Made by a program: the position numbers and the translations under genes. Of a DNA stretch of 64,000 bases, positions 9,495-19,490 are shown one piece after another. The notes below the pieces were generated by a model that saw only the letters and a program-made list of their open reading frames with translations, did no database searches and had not been told where the DNA came from. Position 1 is the first letter of the stretch. Each line of letters starts with the position of its first letter. The stretch comes from a virus: the IMG/VR virus record IMGVR_UViG_3300009499_000001, positions 6,892 to 70,891 of that record; one strand, 5' to 3'.

Positions 9495-10306
9495 CCCGTC
9501 ATCCTCCGCTGAATCTTCTCGAACGTGCCACTCCCGCATTTCGCACACCGCTGTGGGCGGCGCCCTTGCCGCAGCTCGTTGCCGCAGGCCCGGCACAGCC
9601 AGGAGACTCGCAGGGCTCCGCGGAGCTTCTTGACTTCCCGGTTCATTGCGTGCCGACGCCGATTGGTTTCGGCGGACCGTTCACGGCACAGCCTGAGTTG
9701 CTCGGGATTGCGCTCGATCTGCAAAGCCAAGTGGCGCCGTCGGTCAACCAGGAGGAGGTTATCCAACCCGTCGTTCATCGTGTCGCCGTCGGCATGAACA
9801 ACGAAGCAGCCGTCCGGAATCGGCCCGCGGGCTTCCTGCCAGATGTACCTTGTCAGGGGGATCCAGCGGCGACGAAGCGGGCCGTCGTCGCGAATCTTGA
9901 TCCATCGCCGGAGCCTTCCTTTACGCGGCCGGCCGGTTGGCCCGCGCCGCCGGCTATCCCGACGCACGGTGACTGTGCCGACCGGCCGCCACTTCCTGGC
10001 GGCCCTGCCCCCGATGTGTCCCGGCTTGAACTCGGTCTCTGGCGACAGGTGAATACCCTTGAACCCGCTGTTCCAGGTCACGTGCCCCTTTGTGAAGCGC
10101 GTGCGCTCGCCCCATCGCCGGAGGGTGCGGCGCCGGACCTTGCGCCGCTGGGCCGCCGTCGTATGCCGTCGCCACAGGCGATTGAGCGCCGTCCAGCCGA
10201 CTCGGTACTGTTTCCGGATGGCGCCGAACGTGTCGGTCCCGGCCAGCAGGCGTTCCACGATCTGCTCCGCATCGGCCTCAAGCTTTTGGACGTTGCCTCT
10301 ACCCAT
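9491..10306 (-). CDS. HNH endonuclease with FxxG repeats and C-terminal Zn ribbon
   Basis: TRFTKGH/TEFKPGH repeats, RPVGT, IW....GPIP....V.HADGD.MN..LDNL; CxxC..CxxC tail. Confidence 0.8.
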   Translation of the reverse strand: MGRGNVQKLEADAEQIVERLLAGTDTFGAIRKQYRVGWTALNRLWRRHTTAAQRRKVRRRTLRRWGERTRFTKGHVTWNSGFKGIHLSPETEFKPGHIGGRAARKWRPVGTVTVRRDSRRRGPTGRPRKGRLRRWIKIRDDGPLRRRWIPLTRYIWQEARGPIPDGCFVVHADGDTMNDGLDNLLLVDRRRHLALQIERNPEQLRLCRERSAETNRRRHAMNREVKKLRGALRVSWLCRACGNELRQGRRPQRCAKCGSGTFEKIQRRMTG

Positions 10307-11105
10307 CAGTCGCCTCCGCTTCCACCAGATCGGGGTCGTCCTCGAACAGGACCGGGTCGGGGTCCTCCAAAGCTGAGGCGTCCCGGTCCAGCCACCACTG
10401 CCAGTATTCCTCGGGCGTCTTGAAGCAGTATTTCTTGGCCTTGTCGGGCGTGAACGTCGCCTTGATGGCTCGCTCCCACGCCGCGGCGATCCTGGGCCAG
10501 CGCTGCATCTGGCGTTCCGTGTCCCGGCTCATGGGGCAGAGCACACATCCGAGCCGCTTGAACCCCTGATCGTAGAGCTGGCAGTAAGGCAGCTCTCGCT
10601 CGTGGATGTACGCCCACACCGCGTCTGTGGGCCAGTCGATGATCGGGTTGACGAAGTGCCTGCTCTTGTCGCGGAAGCAGGCCTCGACCATGTGCCGTTT
10701 CCGCCGACGCGACGACTCCGCCCAGCGCATACCAGTTAGCACAAGCCGCTTCCGGCCCCCCCGTTCCTTCAATGCCCGGCAGCAGTATCTGGTCTGCCTC
10801 AAGGGCGGCATGCCCTCCTTCCGGATCAACTGCCACATCGTGAGCGGTGGCCGGTCGATGCGGACATCGGGGAACGTCTTGACGAACTTGACCAGCTCCG
10901 GGGGATCGACGGTGGTGAGGTTGTGGACGGCCTCGAACTTCACCTCTGCCCGTTTGGCGAGATCCAGGATGACGATGGAGTCCTTGCCGCCGGAGAACGC
11001 CAGCCAGTAGCCGTTGGGGTCCTTGTCCAGGGCGGCCGGCTCGAGCTGGCGGATCCTGGCGATCGCCATGTCGTCCATCGGCGTGCTGTCGAGGTAGGTT
11101 CTCAT
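10299..11105 (-). CDS. Phosphoadenosine phosphosulfate (PAPS) reductase family protein
   Basis: AFSGGKDS PP-loop, RYCC..LKE, G.R..ES..R, NPIIDW...VW.YI, LY..G..RLGCVLCP. Confidence 0.92.
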   Translation of the reverse strand: MRTYLDSTPMDDMAIARIRQLEPAALDKDPNGYWLAFSGGKDSIVILDLAKRAEVKFEAVHNLTTVDPPELVKFVKTFPDVRIDRPPLTMWQLIRKEGMPPLRQTRYCCRALKERGGRKRLVLTGMRWAESSRRRKRHMVEACFRDKSRHFVNPIIDWPTDAVWAYIHERELPYCQLYDQGFKRLGCVLCPMSRDTERQMQRWPRIAAAWERAIKATFTPDKAKKYCFKTPEEYWQWWLDRDASALEDPDPVLFEDDPDLVEAEATDG

Positions 11106-11386
11106 TCCTGGACTCCCGTTTTGGCCTTGCGTGCTTCGTGAATCGCCTCTCCACTGAGGCCCGTTACGATGTCGATGGCCTGGGAGGCGATCTCGTCTTC
11201 GTTCCAGCCCATCCCCTCACAGCACACCCGGCACCACTTCTCGCCAGAGAACTCGCCGTCCTGGTAGACGCTCACCGCGAGATACGCACAGACGCCGCGG
11301 TTACAGGAGTAGCAGTGCAGGTACTCGGTACACTGCTGGCAGTGGTGGATGCTGTGCTCGGGCAGGATGTCAGCTTTCTTGGGCAT
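11102..11386 (-). CDS. Cys-rich hypothetical protein
   Basis: HHCQQC..LHCYSCNRGVC...WCRVCC; ATGA coupling. Confidence 0.6.
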   Translation of the reverse strand: MPKKADILPEHSIHHCQQCTEYLHCYSCNRGVCAYLAVSVYQDGEFSGEKWCRVCCEGMGWNEDEIASQAIDIVTGLSGEAIHEARKAKTGVQE

Positions 11387-11391
11387 CTCGT

Positions 11392-12243
11392 CTACTCTGT
11401 TGCCTCCCACAAGAGCCTTCCGAGCCACTTCGCCATGAATGATGGCCAAGCGTTTCCAGTCAGTTTCGCAACCCGCATCAGCGATGGTTCGCCGAGGCAG
11501 TCGAGCCAGTCTTCGGGGAACCCTTGAGCACGAAGCCGTTCTGTGCGCGAAAGCACCCGGAGTCGCCCGTCTGCGTAAGCGATAAAATTGTCGCGGTTGT
11601 CATATCGGTAGGGGTGACAAGTAAGAGCCCTAAAGGGGATCTGCGCCGAGCCAATCTTCGGCCAATCCCTCTTAGAGCAACGATGCCGACCCAGCAACTC
11701 GCGCAGACGGACTCCGGCGTATCCAAGGCCAGCACAGACGAAGGTTCGCTGGCGAGAGACACCGGAAACCTGTCCGCCCTGCATGTCGATGATGGTGCAT
11801 TCATATCCAATCCGTTCCAGGCATTCCGCCACGCGCTCTGGCCGTGACGGCGCCTCCCTGCGCACTCTCGTCGGGTTCTCCCTGAGCACAAACCGCGGCT
11901 TACGGGCCACGATCAGCATATATGCCTCTCCCCAGAGGCTCGGCGGCGTGCGGCCGTCCTTGATCCGCGTGTTGGCCATCGTGTTGCGCTGGCAGGGATC
12001 CGAGACCGTGTAGAAATCCGCCTCGGGCAGGTCGCCTGGCCAGACACCCTCGATGTCGCCCTTGCCCCAAAAGATGCCTTTGCCTTCACCGTCAACGAGC
12101 AAACCCGGCCAGTGATGCGACAGGACCTTCCGGCACACAGGGTCATTCTCCATCTGAGCGACACAACAGTGGCCAGAGTCTTCCATGCCCTTGTCACCGC
12201 CGCCGATGCCAGCGAACAACGAGATGAATCGAAGGCTTGCCAT
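11392..12243 (-). CDS. DNA (cytosine-5)-methyltransferase, compact
   Basis: FISLFAGIGG (motif I), PCQ (IV), ENP (VI), R.RTF (VIII), R.QGFPE.W (IX), GNA (X). Confidence 0.9.
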   Translation of the reverse strand: MASLRFISLFAGIGGGDKGMEDSGHCCVAQMENDPVCRKVLSHHWPGLLVDGEGKGIFWGKGDIEGVWPGDLPEADFYTVSDPCQRNTMANTRIKDGRTPPSLWGEAYMLIVARKPRFVLRENPTRVRREAPSRPERVAECLERIGYECTIIDMQGGQVSGVSRQRTFVCAGLGYAGVRLRELLGRHRCSKRDWPKIGSAQIPFRALTCHPYRYDNRDNFIAYADGRLRVLSRTERLRAQGFPEDWLDCLGEPSLMRVAKLTGNAWPSFMAKWLGRLLWEATE

Positions 12244-12252
12244 GGTTACCCG

Positions 12253-13149
12253 TCATTTCCTCCCCGCCCCCGCGAACATCGCCGACGGCCGCATGTAGCG
12301 TCGAAGCTTCCGTTTCATCTGCTGGTTCTCCCGGTTGCGGGACTCGTCGTCGCCCTGGTAGAACATGGGGAAGGGCGTGGCACCCAGCGAGATCACCCAA
12401 TCCAGGCGCTCGGCGATCGCCGTAACGTCGTCCTCGCCGTTGAAGCCGCACAGGACGTAGCAACCGATCCGCCGCCGCGCCGTCCCGTCCGACCACCCGC
12501 CGGCCTCGCGGAGCATCTTCACCGCCCGTTCCACAGCGTCTCGCTGCTCCGGCTGATCGTACGCCGTGTAGGCGATACCCAGCCGGAAACTCGGGTGCGT
12601 GATGGCCTTGACGAACCAGGGGGCCATGCGAGCCGCTTCCAGACCGCCCGTGAACTTCGGCCGGGGTCTCTGGCGGCTGAGCATTTCCAGCACGGCTTCG
12701 ACGTGTGCCCTGGGGCAGGCCAGCAGGTTGTTGTCGAGGACGTCCCAGCCCTCGGCGATCGGCAGAACCCGCAAGGCGCCCTCCCACTCCGGGACCAGAC
12801 AGAACTCGCAGTGGTTGGGACAGCCCCGGCTGGTGATGACGTAGCCCTTCTTCAGGTACATGCCTGGGCGGAAACCACGGTGGTAGGCTCCGCTGCCGGA
12901 CTCGTAGTACGCGGGCCCGCCCAACCATGTCTTGTTCCGACCGTAGATCGCCCGCCACGCCCGCAGCAACCGTACTCCCTCTGGCCGGTCCCAACTGAAC
13001 GTGCAGGAGATGTGTACGGAGCGGACCTTGCTCGGTTCGGGGCGCATGCCGGGCAAACGTGGGTCGCCTACGAAGGCCAGCCGATCAGTCGGCGTTGCCT
13101 TTGTCCGCCGCGGGAAGACGCGGATGATGTCGTGGGGCAGATCAGTCAT
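12253..13149 (-). CDS. Radical SAM protein
   Basis: ITSRGCPNHCEFC (CxxxCxxC) preceded by ISCTFSWD/GGPA, resembling B12-dependent radical SAM N-terminus. Confidence 0.88.
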   Translation of the reverse strand: MTDLPHDIIRVFPRRTKATPTDRLAFVGDPRLPGMRPEPSKVRSVHISCTFSWDRPEGVRLLRAWRAIYGRNKTWLGGPAYYESGSGAYHRGFRPGMYLKKGYVITSRGCPNHCEFCLVPEWEGALRVLPIAEGWDVLDNNLLACPRAHVEAVLEMLSRQRPRPKFTGGLEAARMAPWFVKAITHPSFRLGIAYTAYDQPEQRDAVERAVKMLREAGGWSDGTARRRIGCYVLCGFNGEDDVTAIAERLDWVISLGATPFPMFYQGDDESRNRENQQMKRKLRRYMRPSAMFAGAGRK

Positions 13150-13156
13150 TCAAACC

Positions 13157-13447
13157 TCAGCAACTCGCCCGGTGCGACAGGGTTCCCAGCGCCGCAGCGA
13201 CCACTAGCAACCGCCCGGACTTGGCGCTGTAGAGCTTCCGCCTGCCGACGCGGACCGATTCGACCAGCCCGGCCAGCTTCAGTAGCCCGAGATGGTGCGA
13301 GGTGTTGGGCTGGCTTGCTCGGACGGCCCGCGTGATCCTGCCGACGTCGGATTCAGGCCGGCCGGCCAGGAATTGCACGATCTTCAGCCGCGTGGGATGG
13401 CCCAGAGTCGCCAGCATCCGGACCAGTTGTTCGTCCTTGTTCGTCAT
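13157..13447 (-). CDS. ArsR/SmtB family HTH regulator
   Basis: LGHPTRLKIVQFL...V..I......SQPNTSHHLGLLKLAGLVES.RVGRRKLY. Confidence 0.9.
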   Translation of the reverse strand: MTNKDEQLVRMLATLGHPTRLKIVQFLAGRPESDVGRITRAVRASQPNTSHHLGLLKLAGLVESVRVGRRKLYSAKSGRLLVVAAALGTLSHRASC

Positions 13448-13468
13448 GTCGTGTTTACCCCTTATTGG

Positions 13469-14401
13469 TCAGCCGAACAGTGAGTCTTTGGCCTTCGCCT
13501 TGATGTAGCTGGGGCCGTTCATCAGGAGGACTTCAGGCGCGACTTGTCGTTTCGCCCCGCGCCGGTTCTGGACATGCAGGTTTTTGCACCCGTAGACCTT
13601 GCGCTTGGTCCACTTCGGTGGCCGGTACAGGCCATCGACGCGGGGATCCTCGTAATAGCTGACGACGATCCTGGCCTTTTGGAAGCGGCCCAGGGCCTCG
13701 GCCAGACGGGCGTGTTCCGCCTCGTCGAAATTGTGCAGGTAACGGCTTCCGCCACCGTTGCTGCGGCCGCTTGAGAAGTACGGGGGATCCACGTAGATGG
13801 CGCAGCCGGGGTGGTCGTCGATGTTGGGGATGATCTCGAACGCATCGCGGCGCAGGATCACGACGTTCTGAAGCCGGCGGTGCCACTCGGCGATGCTGTC
13901 GGTGGCGCTCCGGAAGCGCTTACCCCCTCCCCCGCCGCCCGGTGTCCAGCGGATGGCCATGCAGTAGTTGACTCGCTCCGTCCCGGACACGCCGTTTCGG
14001 CCCATCCAGGACACGATGAAGTAGCAGTAGGCACGTTCGATGTGGGCGTCCGTGACGCTGCCAGGATCCTCGGGCGGCGGGGCTTCCCGCGCCATGAAGG
14101 TGTGCTTGTACAGCCGGAACAGGTCTTCGTGGTACAGCGTGCGGTCCAGGCGATCGTACAGGTCCCCCCATCGGGGCGAGGCCAGCACCATGGCGAGGTT
14201 GATGAGGTCGGCGTGCAGATCGTTCACCGTCTCATGGCCGACCACGGGCTTGGCCATGAGCACTGCCATGGATCCGCAGAACGGCTCGAAGTACATGCGG
14301 TGCGGGCCCAGCTCCCGGACGATCCGTCCCGCCAGCGTCCTCTTGCCGCCGAACCACGGAGCGATCGAGCGAATTGCGGGCTTGTCAGCCTTTTGCTTCA
14401 C
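13469..14401 (-). CDS. DNA adenine methyltransferase (Dam/D12 class)
   Basis: PWFGGK, YFEPFCGS, ETVND, YVDPPY. Confidence 0.93.
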   Translation of the reverse strand: MKQKADKPAIRSIAPWFGGKRTLAGRIVRELGPHRMYFEPFCGSMAVLMAKPVVGHETVNDLHADLINLAMVLASPRWGDLYDRLDRTLYHEDLFRLYKHTFMAREAPPPEDPGSVTDAHIERAYCYFIVSWMGRNGVSGTERVNYCMAIRWTPGGGGGGKRFRSATDSIAEWHRRLQNVVILRRDAFEIIPNIDDHPGCAIYVDPPYFSSGRSNGGGSRYLHNFDEAEHARLAEALGRFQKARIVVSYYEDPRVDGLYRPPKWTKRKVYGCKNLHVQNRRGAKRQVAPEVLLMNGPSYIKAKAKDSLFG

Positions 14402-14930
14402 CTTCTCCGACCTCCGTGTCGGCTGTCAGTCCTTTGTGGATGATCTTCTTGGGCCAGATGTCCTCATGGATCCAGGGATTGGGGTACTTGCCTTCCCTGG
14501 TGATTCGCAGCAGCCCGAGTCCCAACCCGGCCGCCCAGGCGTTGCGGAACAGCGACCAGTCTCCGAGGTCCTTGCCCTTGACCTCGTTCCAGGCAGGTAT
14601 GTCTGTGCGGCATTCGACGTAGTAGAAGTCGATCCGCCAACTGAGCCGCCGTCCCTTGCGAGCTGGCGTGAGGACCACTCGAACCTGCCGCTTGAGGTCG
14701 CGGATCTCGCCCCTCTCCTGGCGGTGGCACAGGTAATCGCCGCAGCGGCGCTCCGTGCCGGAGTCGAACGTACATCCCCACAGGTCGGACCAGCGCTCGG
14801 ATTCGCTCTCGACGGGCTTCTCTCGCTTCTTGCGCCCACGCTTCTCGGGCCTGGGTATGGGCTCGCCGCGGGCGGCGCGCTCCCGCTCTGACAGCTTGGT
14901 GCCACGGCGAGTTGACTTGGTCTTGGTCAC
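14385..14930 (-). CDS. DUF1064-like PD-(D/E)xK nuclease
   Basis: FDSGTE.R...GEIRDLKRQV......IDFYY......EVKG. Confidence 0.75.
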   Translation of the reverse strand: MTKTKSTRRGTKLSERERAARGEPIPRPEKRGRKKREKPVESESERWSDLWGCTFDSGTERRCGDYLCHRQERGEIRDLKRQVRVVLTPARKGRRLSWRIDFYYVECRTDIPAWNEVKGKDLGDWSLFRNAWAAGLGLGLLRITREGKYPNPWIHEDIWPKKIIHKGLTADTEVGEGEAKG

Positions 14931-16129
14931 TGCGCAGCTTGCGTGCCGTTCTTGGCAGGGATGTATCCCATGGGGTTGAAGTCGCTCTTGAGCTTCGCCG
15001 CCAGGGTGTCCACGTCGGCGGCGTTCAGTTCCGCCAGTTCCTTGCCGACGGTGAATCTCACGAAGCGCTGCCAGGCCTCAGGTAGTACCTCAGCGGGCGC
15101 TCCCTTGGACTCCAGCAGCTCCTTGAAGTGGACCTCGACCTCGCCGGCATCGGCGGGCGCGGCCTTGGCCGGTTGCTCCGGGGTGGGAGGCTGGACTGCG
15201 GGTTCCGGTGCGGGCGGTGTCGGGTCGGGGACCTGGGGCGCGGCCAACTGCGCCGGTGGTTGGTCCTGCTCGCCGGCCAGCCGTTTGGCTAGGTCCTCGG
15301 TGCGGTTGATGTTGTCCAGGGCCTCTACGTCGATCTCCCTGACGTCCAGACCCTCTACCTCGTTGTCGTGTTGGAGGGCCTTTTCCAACTCGGTGCTCAT
15401 CGGCAGGTACTTGCACAGCCGTCGCACGGCCGTCTTGCGTCCCATCTCCGAGAAGTGGTCGACCCAGGGGCCCCTGTTGCCCATCTTGGACATGGACTGA
15501 ATCTTCTTCACGTCGGCGAGGGTCATCATCTCCAGTTGCTTGGTTCCATCGCGCAGCGTACCCACCGCGTAGAAGCAGATGAACTCCTCCCGGCGATCAG
15601 TCTTCAGGCTCGGCTTGTGGATCAACCTGGGCTCGGTGCCGTACTGGACCTCGAATACATCATCAACGTAGACGGCGTGGGCCTCGATGGCCGCGATCTC
15701 GTTGGATCGCCTCGCCAGATCAATCAGCCCACGGTAGCCGGGGATGAACTGGCACTCGGTGCATTGCTTCGCCCTGTTGTAGTAAGGCACCAGATACCCG
15801 CTGCCCAGCGTGCCCGAGCAGTCCAGCCCCAATTGCGAGGCGCGTATCAGGGCCATCATAAAGCTCTCTTGGGTGCAGTTCAGCAGCTTCGGTGTCTGCA
15901 ACACGGCCGTCAGGGCCGCCTTGATGACACGCTCGGGGGTGATGTGCTTGGGTAAGACCGTCGCGATCTTGGGCTGCATCGCGGCCAGCAGGCCCTTGAG
16001 CCCCGCATGTCCGCCGATCTTCATCAGCGGCTGGTAGTTGAACGCCGCCGCCAGAGCAGTTGTCGGGTCCTGTGCCTTCGCCGCGTCGGGTGGTGCAGTC
16101 GTGTTGGTTGGTGCTTGGGTCATGGTCAC
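14927..16129 (-). CDS. recT: RecT family single-strand annealing recombinase
   Basis: VLPKHITPER, LLNC...SF, LGL....YLVPY, QFIPGYRGLIDLARRS, PW..HF.EMGRKTAVRRLCKYLPMS. Confidence 0.93.
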   Translation of the reverse strand: MTMTQAPTNTTAPPDAAKAQDPTTALAAAFNYQPLMKIGGHAGLKGLLAAMQPKIATVLPKHITPERVIKAALTAVLQTPKLLNCTQESFMMALIRASQLGLDCSGTLGSGYLVPYYNRAKQCTECQFIPGYRGLIDLARRSNEIAAIEAHAVYVDDVFEVQYGTEPRLIHKPSLKTDRREEFICFYAVGTLRDGTKQLEMMTLADVKKIQSMSKMGNRGPWVDHFSEMGRKTAVRRLCKYLPMSTELEKALQHDNEVEGLDVREIDVEALDNINRTEDLAKRLAGEQDQPPAQLAAPQVPDPTPPAPEPAVQPPTPEQPAKAAPADAGEVEVHFKELLESKGAPAEVLPEAWQRFVRFTVGKELAELNAADVDTLAAKLKSDFNPMGYIPAKNGTQAAQ

Positions 16130-16983
16130 AATCCTTTCTTGCGATGTCGCAGTGTCCTGAAGGTCGTTGCCTTTGCCGTGTATCCCTTACGCTGTGTCTC
16201 AAGGTAGGTGACGGCCCCGAGGTCCCCGCACAGGCCCGCCTCCGCGTCCCCCAGGGCTTCCAGTACGGCCGCCTCGGCTTTCTTCTTGGCCTTTATGGCG
16301 TCGGACGCTACGCCGTTCGCCATCAACCAGTTCTCGACGATGTGCGGGTCTATGCTGACGACCTTCTCGGCTTCGCGGCGGACGAGCTTGACGACCTCCA
16401 GGCTGGCCCGCGATCCCTCCGGCGGCTGATCGGCCTCGACGTTCTCATGCCAGAAGGCCGTGGCCCGCTCCCGGACGATCTCAACCAGTTTGTCGTTGCG
16501 GGGCACCGCGAACATGGCGAAACCCCGGCCGCCGATGAACGCGGCCACATGGCACACCTGGGCGCTGACGGCCATCATGTGGACGTGCGACTGGACGATT
16601 ACGCGGTCCGGCACTTGGTCTGTGCGCTCCTGGCCCCACCACTCCCGCACAGGGCCGTACAGGCCGACGGTCTTGCCCTCGACCGGTTCCTCGGTCTCCT
16701 TGACCAATGCGTCGATGTTGGTCGCCAAGGGCGTGCCTTCCACGGGCTTGGACACGTTGCGGGACAGCGGCCCGAGCTGTTCCTCGGCGAAGTCCAGGAC
16801 GCCGTCCTCAAAGCGGCTGCCGGCCTTCATCACTTCGCTGGGCGGGCGGTCGACGAGACGGCCTTTCTTCTCCAGCCACACGTCGTAGGCCGTCTTGAAC
16901 GGGTCCAGCCCCAGGATCGCGGCCATGTCCGATGATCCCACATGATGCTTGCGGGCTTCGCGTTGCTGTTCAGTGATCGGCAT
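16126..16983 (-). CDS. YqaJ-like viral recombinase exonuclease
   Basis: R...VGSSD.AAILGL.PFKT.YDVWLEK, G..FE, NID, EGKT, Q.HVHM. Confidence 0.92.
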   Translation of the reverse strand: MPITEQQREARKHHVGSSDMAAILGLDPFKTAYDVWLEKKGRLVDRPPSEVMKAGSRFEDGVLDFAEEQLGPLSRNVSKPVEGTPLATNIDALVKETEEPVEGKTVGLYGPVREWWGQERTDQVPDRVIVQSHVHMMAVSAQVCHVAAFIGGRGFAMFAVPRNDKLVEIVRERATAFWHENVEADQPPEGSRASLEVVKLVRREAEKVVSIDPHIVENWLMANGVASDAIKAKKKAEAAVLEALGDAEAGLCGDLGAVTYLETQRKGYTAKATTFRTLRHRKKGL

Positions 16984-16986
16984 TGT

Positions 16987-17622
16987 TCACCTCACATGTT
17001 TCCAGCAGTAGCGATTCACGATTCTCCAGACGGTCGATTCGGCGACCCCGTAGGTCTCCGCAAGTTGGCGCTGAGTGGTCCCCTGCCCTGCTGCGTGGCG
17101 GATCGCCCGCACCTCGTTCTCGCCGAGCCGCGACTGGGGATTCCACAACCGTGGACGACGGTTCTTCGCCTGCTGGCTCGGTGTTGCCCAACGGCAGTTG
17201 CTGGGCGAATACGGGCCGTTGTTGTCGATCCGGTCAATCTGGTAGGTCGGCCCTGGCTTCTGGCCCATGTCCGCCAAGAATGCCTCAAATGATTGCCAGC
17301 GTTCGCAGACACGGATGCCACGACCGCCATAGTCGGGGTAGCACTTCACGCGAGGGTCCTGGCACCGTTGCCGCATGGCCCGCCACACCCTCCATTCAGG
17401 CGAACTACTCAGGCCATGCTTGAAATTAGCCTGGGTGATCCGCTCGGAGGCTAGGCAGCCGCATGATCGCGTGTACCCGCCTCGAAGACTACTCGCCCTG
17501 ACCGTCTTGGTGTTGCCGCACTCGCAGCGGCACACACACGCAGCCTTGCCGCTACGGCGTGTCATGCCGACAACTGTCAGCCTGCCGAACCGCTCACCAG
17601 TCCTGTCTAATCGCTTGGTCAC
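16987..17622 (-). CDS. HNH-type endonuclease (GERFGRL/RC.CG/YGGRGI family)
   Basis: GERFGRLTV...CRCECG...SCGC...W.AM.QRC...[21 protein letters not shown]...[19 protein letters not shown]. Confidence 0.9.
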   Translation of the reverse strand: MTKRLDRTGERFGRLTVVGMTRRSGKAACVCRCECGNTKTVRASSLRGGYTRSCGCLASERITQANFKHGLSSSPEWRVWRAMRQRCQDPRVKCYPDYGGRGIRVCERWQSFEAFLADMGQKPGPTYQIDRIDNNGPYSPSNCRWATPSQQAKNRRPRLWNPQSRLGENEVRAIRHAAGQGTTQRQLAETYGVAESTVWRIVNRYCWKHVR

Positions 17623-17629
17623 TGGTTAC

Positions 17630-19009
17630 CTATTTCCCTTCCGCGTCAGCCTCGATGTGCTCGGCGATCGGGGTGTCCGCCAGGGTGGCGCCCTTGACCG
17701 CCCCATTTTCAATGATGACGGAACATTCCTTGCCCTGGCCAACTCTTTCAATCCATATCTGAGCGTCGTGCGCCTCGGCCATCTCGGCCACCAGCCGCAA
17801 GCTATCGGCATCCAGCAGCGACCCGTCGCGGATCAGCAGGATCTTGAGCTTCGGGTTCATGGCCAACCCCATGGCCACCGAGATACGGAGTTTCTCGGCG
17901 CTGGAGCAATTCTCGAACGGGAGGTCCTTGAAGGTCACCCGCTCATCGTTGAAGCCCAGCCCCTGGATCGGGAATTCGGCCTCACGCAAGGCCGCAGCCT
18001 TCTGCTCGTCGAATGCGTCAATGGCGGCGGTGAGCCCATCGGCCTCCGTCTGGACCTGTCCCAGCCGTGTGGCGAGCTTGGCGTGAGCTTGGTTCTCGCG
18101 AACCTTGCGGTTGACGCCGTCGGCGCTCATGTGGGCCTGGTGCAGCGGCTTAAGGTCAATGTCCTCCAGGTCGGCTACCTGCGGCTCAAGCTCGGCGATT
18201 CTCTGGCGATGTGCCCCCAGGCCCTCGTTGCGTTGCTCGGTCCGCGCCGCTATCGCAGCGGTCAGTTCCTGCTCACGTCGTTGCAGTTCCCCGATCTGCC
18301 GGCGGAGGTCTTCGAGTTGCCCCCGTTCCTGGGCCTCGGCGCTGGCGATCATGGCGGCTTCCCGATCAATTTCGGCCTGCGCGGCTTTCAAATCGGCGCG
18401 AGCCCCATCGTTCGCGTCGTTGTGGGCCTTCGCCTCCCAATACTCGTCCAGCAGCGCCCTGGCGTCGACCTCCTCGGCCGGGGCATCGTCGTGGTGAGGC
18501 ACGGCCTCAAGCTGCGACTCCAGGGCCCTGATGTCCCGGCGCACGCCCGTGCGGTTCTCAAACAGCCCCTCCCGGCGGGCGTCGAGGTCGGTGAAGTCCA
18601 GTCCGACCAACTCCCGCAAGGTCTCGGCCTGTTGGCGCGGGGCTTGGCGGGTGAAGGCCAGGGGATCGAAGGTCAGCTTGCCCGTCAGGGCGTCCAGGAC
18701 GGCCTGGGGGGTCGGTAGCTTGGCCCCATCGGTGCCGGTGACCGCCAGTGTCCCCCCGCCGCGGGCGGTGAACGTCCGCGTCACGGTCAGTTCGCCCAGA
18801 TCGCACACGATCTTGGCTTTCTTCGTGCCTGTGCGGACGGGCTTGTCGCACACCAGGGCCTTGCCGCCCAGGGCGTAGGCGATGGAATCCAGAACCGACG
18901 TCTTGCCCGCCCCGTTGCGCCCGCCGATGACGACCATGTCGCCGTCCGGGGTGATCTCAACGGCGTTGAGACGCTTGACGTTCTGGGCTTCCAACTTCAC
19001 GATCTTCAT
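17630..19009 (-). CDS. SMC/SbcC-like AAA ATPase
   Basis: GGRNGAGKTS Walker A, long coiled coil, SSAEK signature, LLIRDGSLLD Walker B. Confidence 0.9.
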   Translation of the reverse strand: MKIVKLEAQNVKRLNAVEITPDGDMVVIGGRNGAGKTSVLDSIAYALGGKALVCDKPVRTGTKKAKIVCDLGELTVTRTFTARGGGTLAVTGTDGAKLPTPQAVLDALTGKLTFDPLAFTRQAPRQQAETLRELVGLDFTDLDARREGLFENRTGVRRDIRALESQLEAVPHHDDAPAEEVDARALLDEYWEAKAHNDANDGARADLKAAQAEIDREAAMIASAEAQERGQLEDLRRQIGELQRREQELTAAIAARTEQRNEGLGAHRQRIAELEPQVADLEDIDLKPLHQAHMSADGVNRKVRENQAHAKLATRLGQVQTEADGLTAAIDAFDEQKAAALREAEFPIQGLGFNDERVTFKDLPFENCSSAEKLRISVAMGLAMNPKLKILLIRDGSLLDADSLRLVAEMAEAHDAQIWIERVGQGKECSVIIENGAVKGATLADTPIAEHIEADAEGK

Positions 19010-19301
19010 AGCGTTCTCCTTTGCGACTGACTTCTCTGTGCGTTCAGGCGATGGGCCGTCCGCCGCACTGTCGGGTAAGCTGGTCCAGTTTGGTCCATGG
19101 TTGATCCGTTCTGTCTACCCTCGTTCCCTGGGCCGCCGGCGTGGATTCGTTAGTGCGGCGACCCAGGGCTCGTGGGTCTTCAGGCGGGTGACGCACCCGC
19201 CATCCGGATGCTGCCCCGCGCTTCCGGCGGTAAAGGGTTCAGGGAGGCGCGGGGCGTCTTCAGTTGTCACCTCTGCCACAGAGGCGCAGAGGGCTGTGAG
19301 T

Positions 19302-19490
19302 TCACCAGTTGCCGCCAGCGGTATCGGCCTCGCCGAAGCAGCAGGGGCCGCACAGTCCCGTTGGATGGACGGTCGGAAGTTCGCCGCAGAGTTGGCATTT
19401 GGTTGTCCAGTCCTGGTCGCCGTCTTGCAGTTCCTGGACAGGAGCGCGGTCTTCGTGTTCTCGGCATTGCGCGCGATCCTTGTCCTTCAT
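19302..19490 (-). CDS. Small Cys-rich hypothetical protein
   Basis: CQLCGE.PTVH.TGLCGPCCFGE; GAAGGGA RBS. Confidence 0.6.
   Translation of the reverse strand: MKDKDRAQCREHEDRAPVQELQDGDQDWTTKCQLCGELPTVHPTGLCGPCCFGEADTAGGNW

Noticed and set aside
10299-11105. Auxiliary sulfur-assimilation gene cysH or a complete Dnd phosphorothioation system
   Set aside because: No other cys or dnd genes are present; context among DNA MTases does not support assigning either function.
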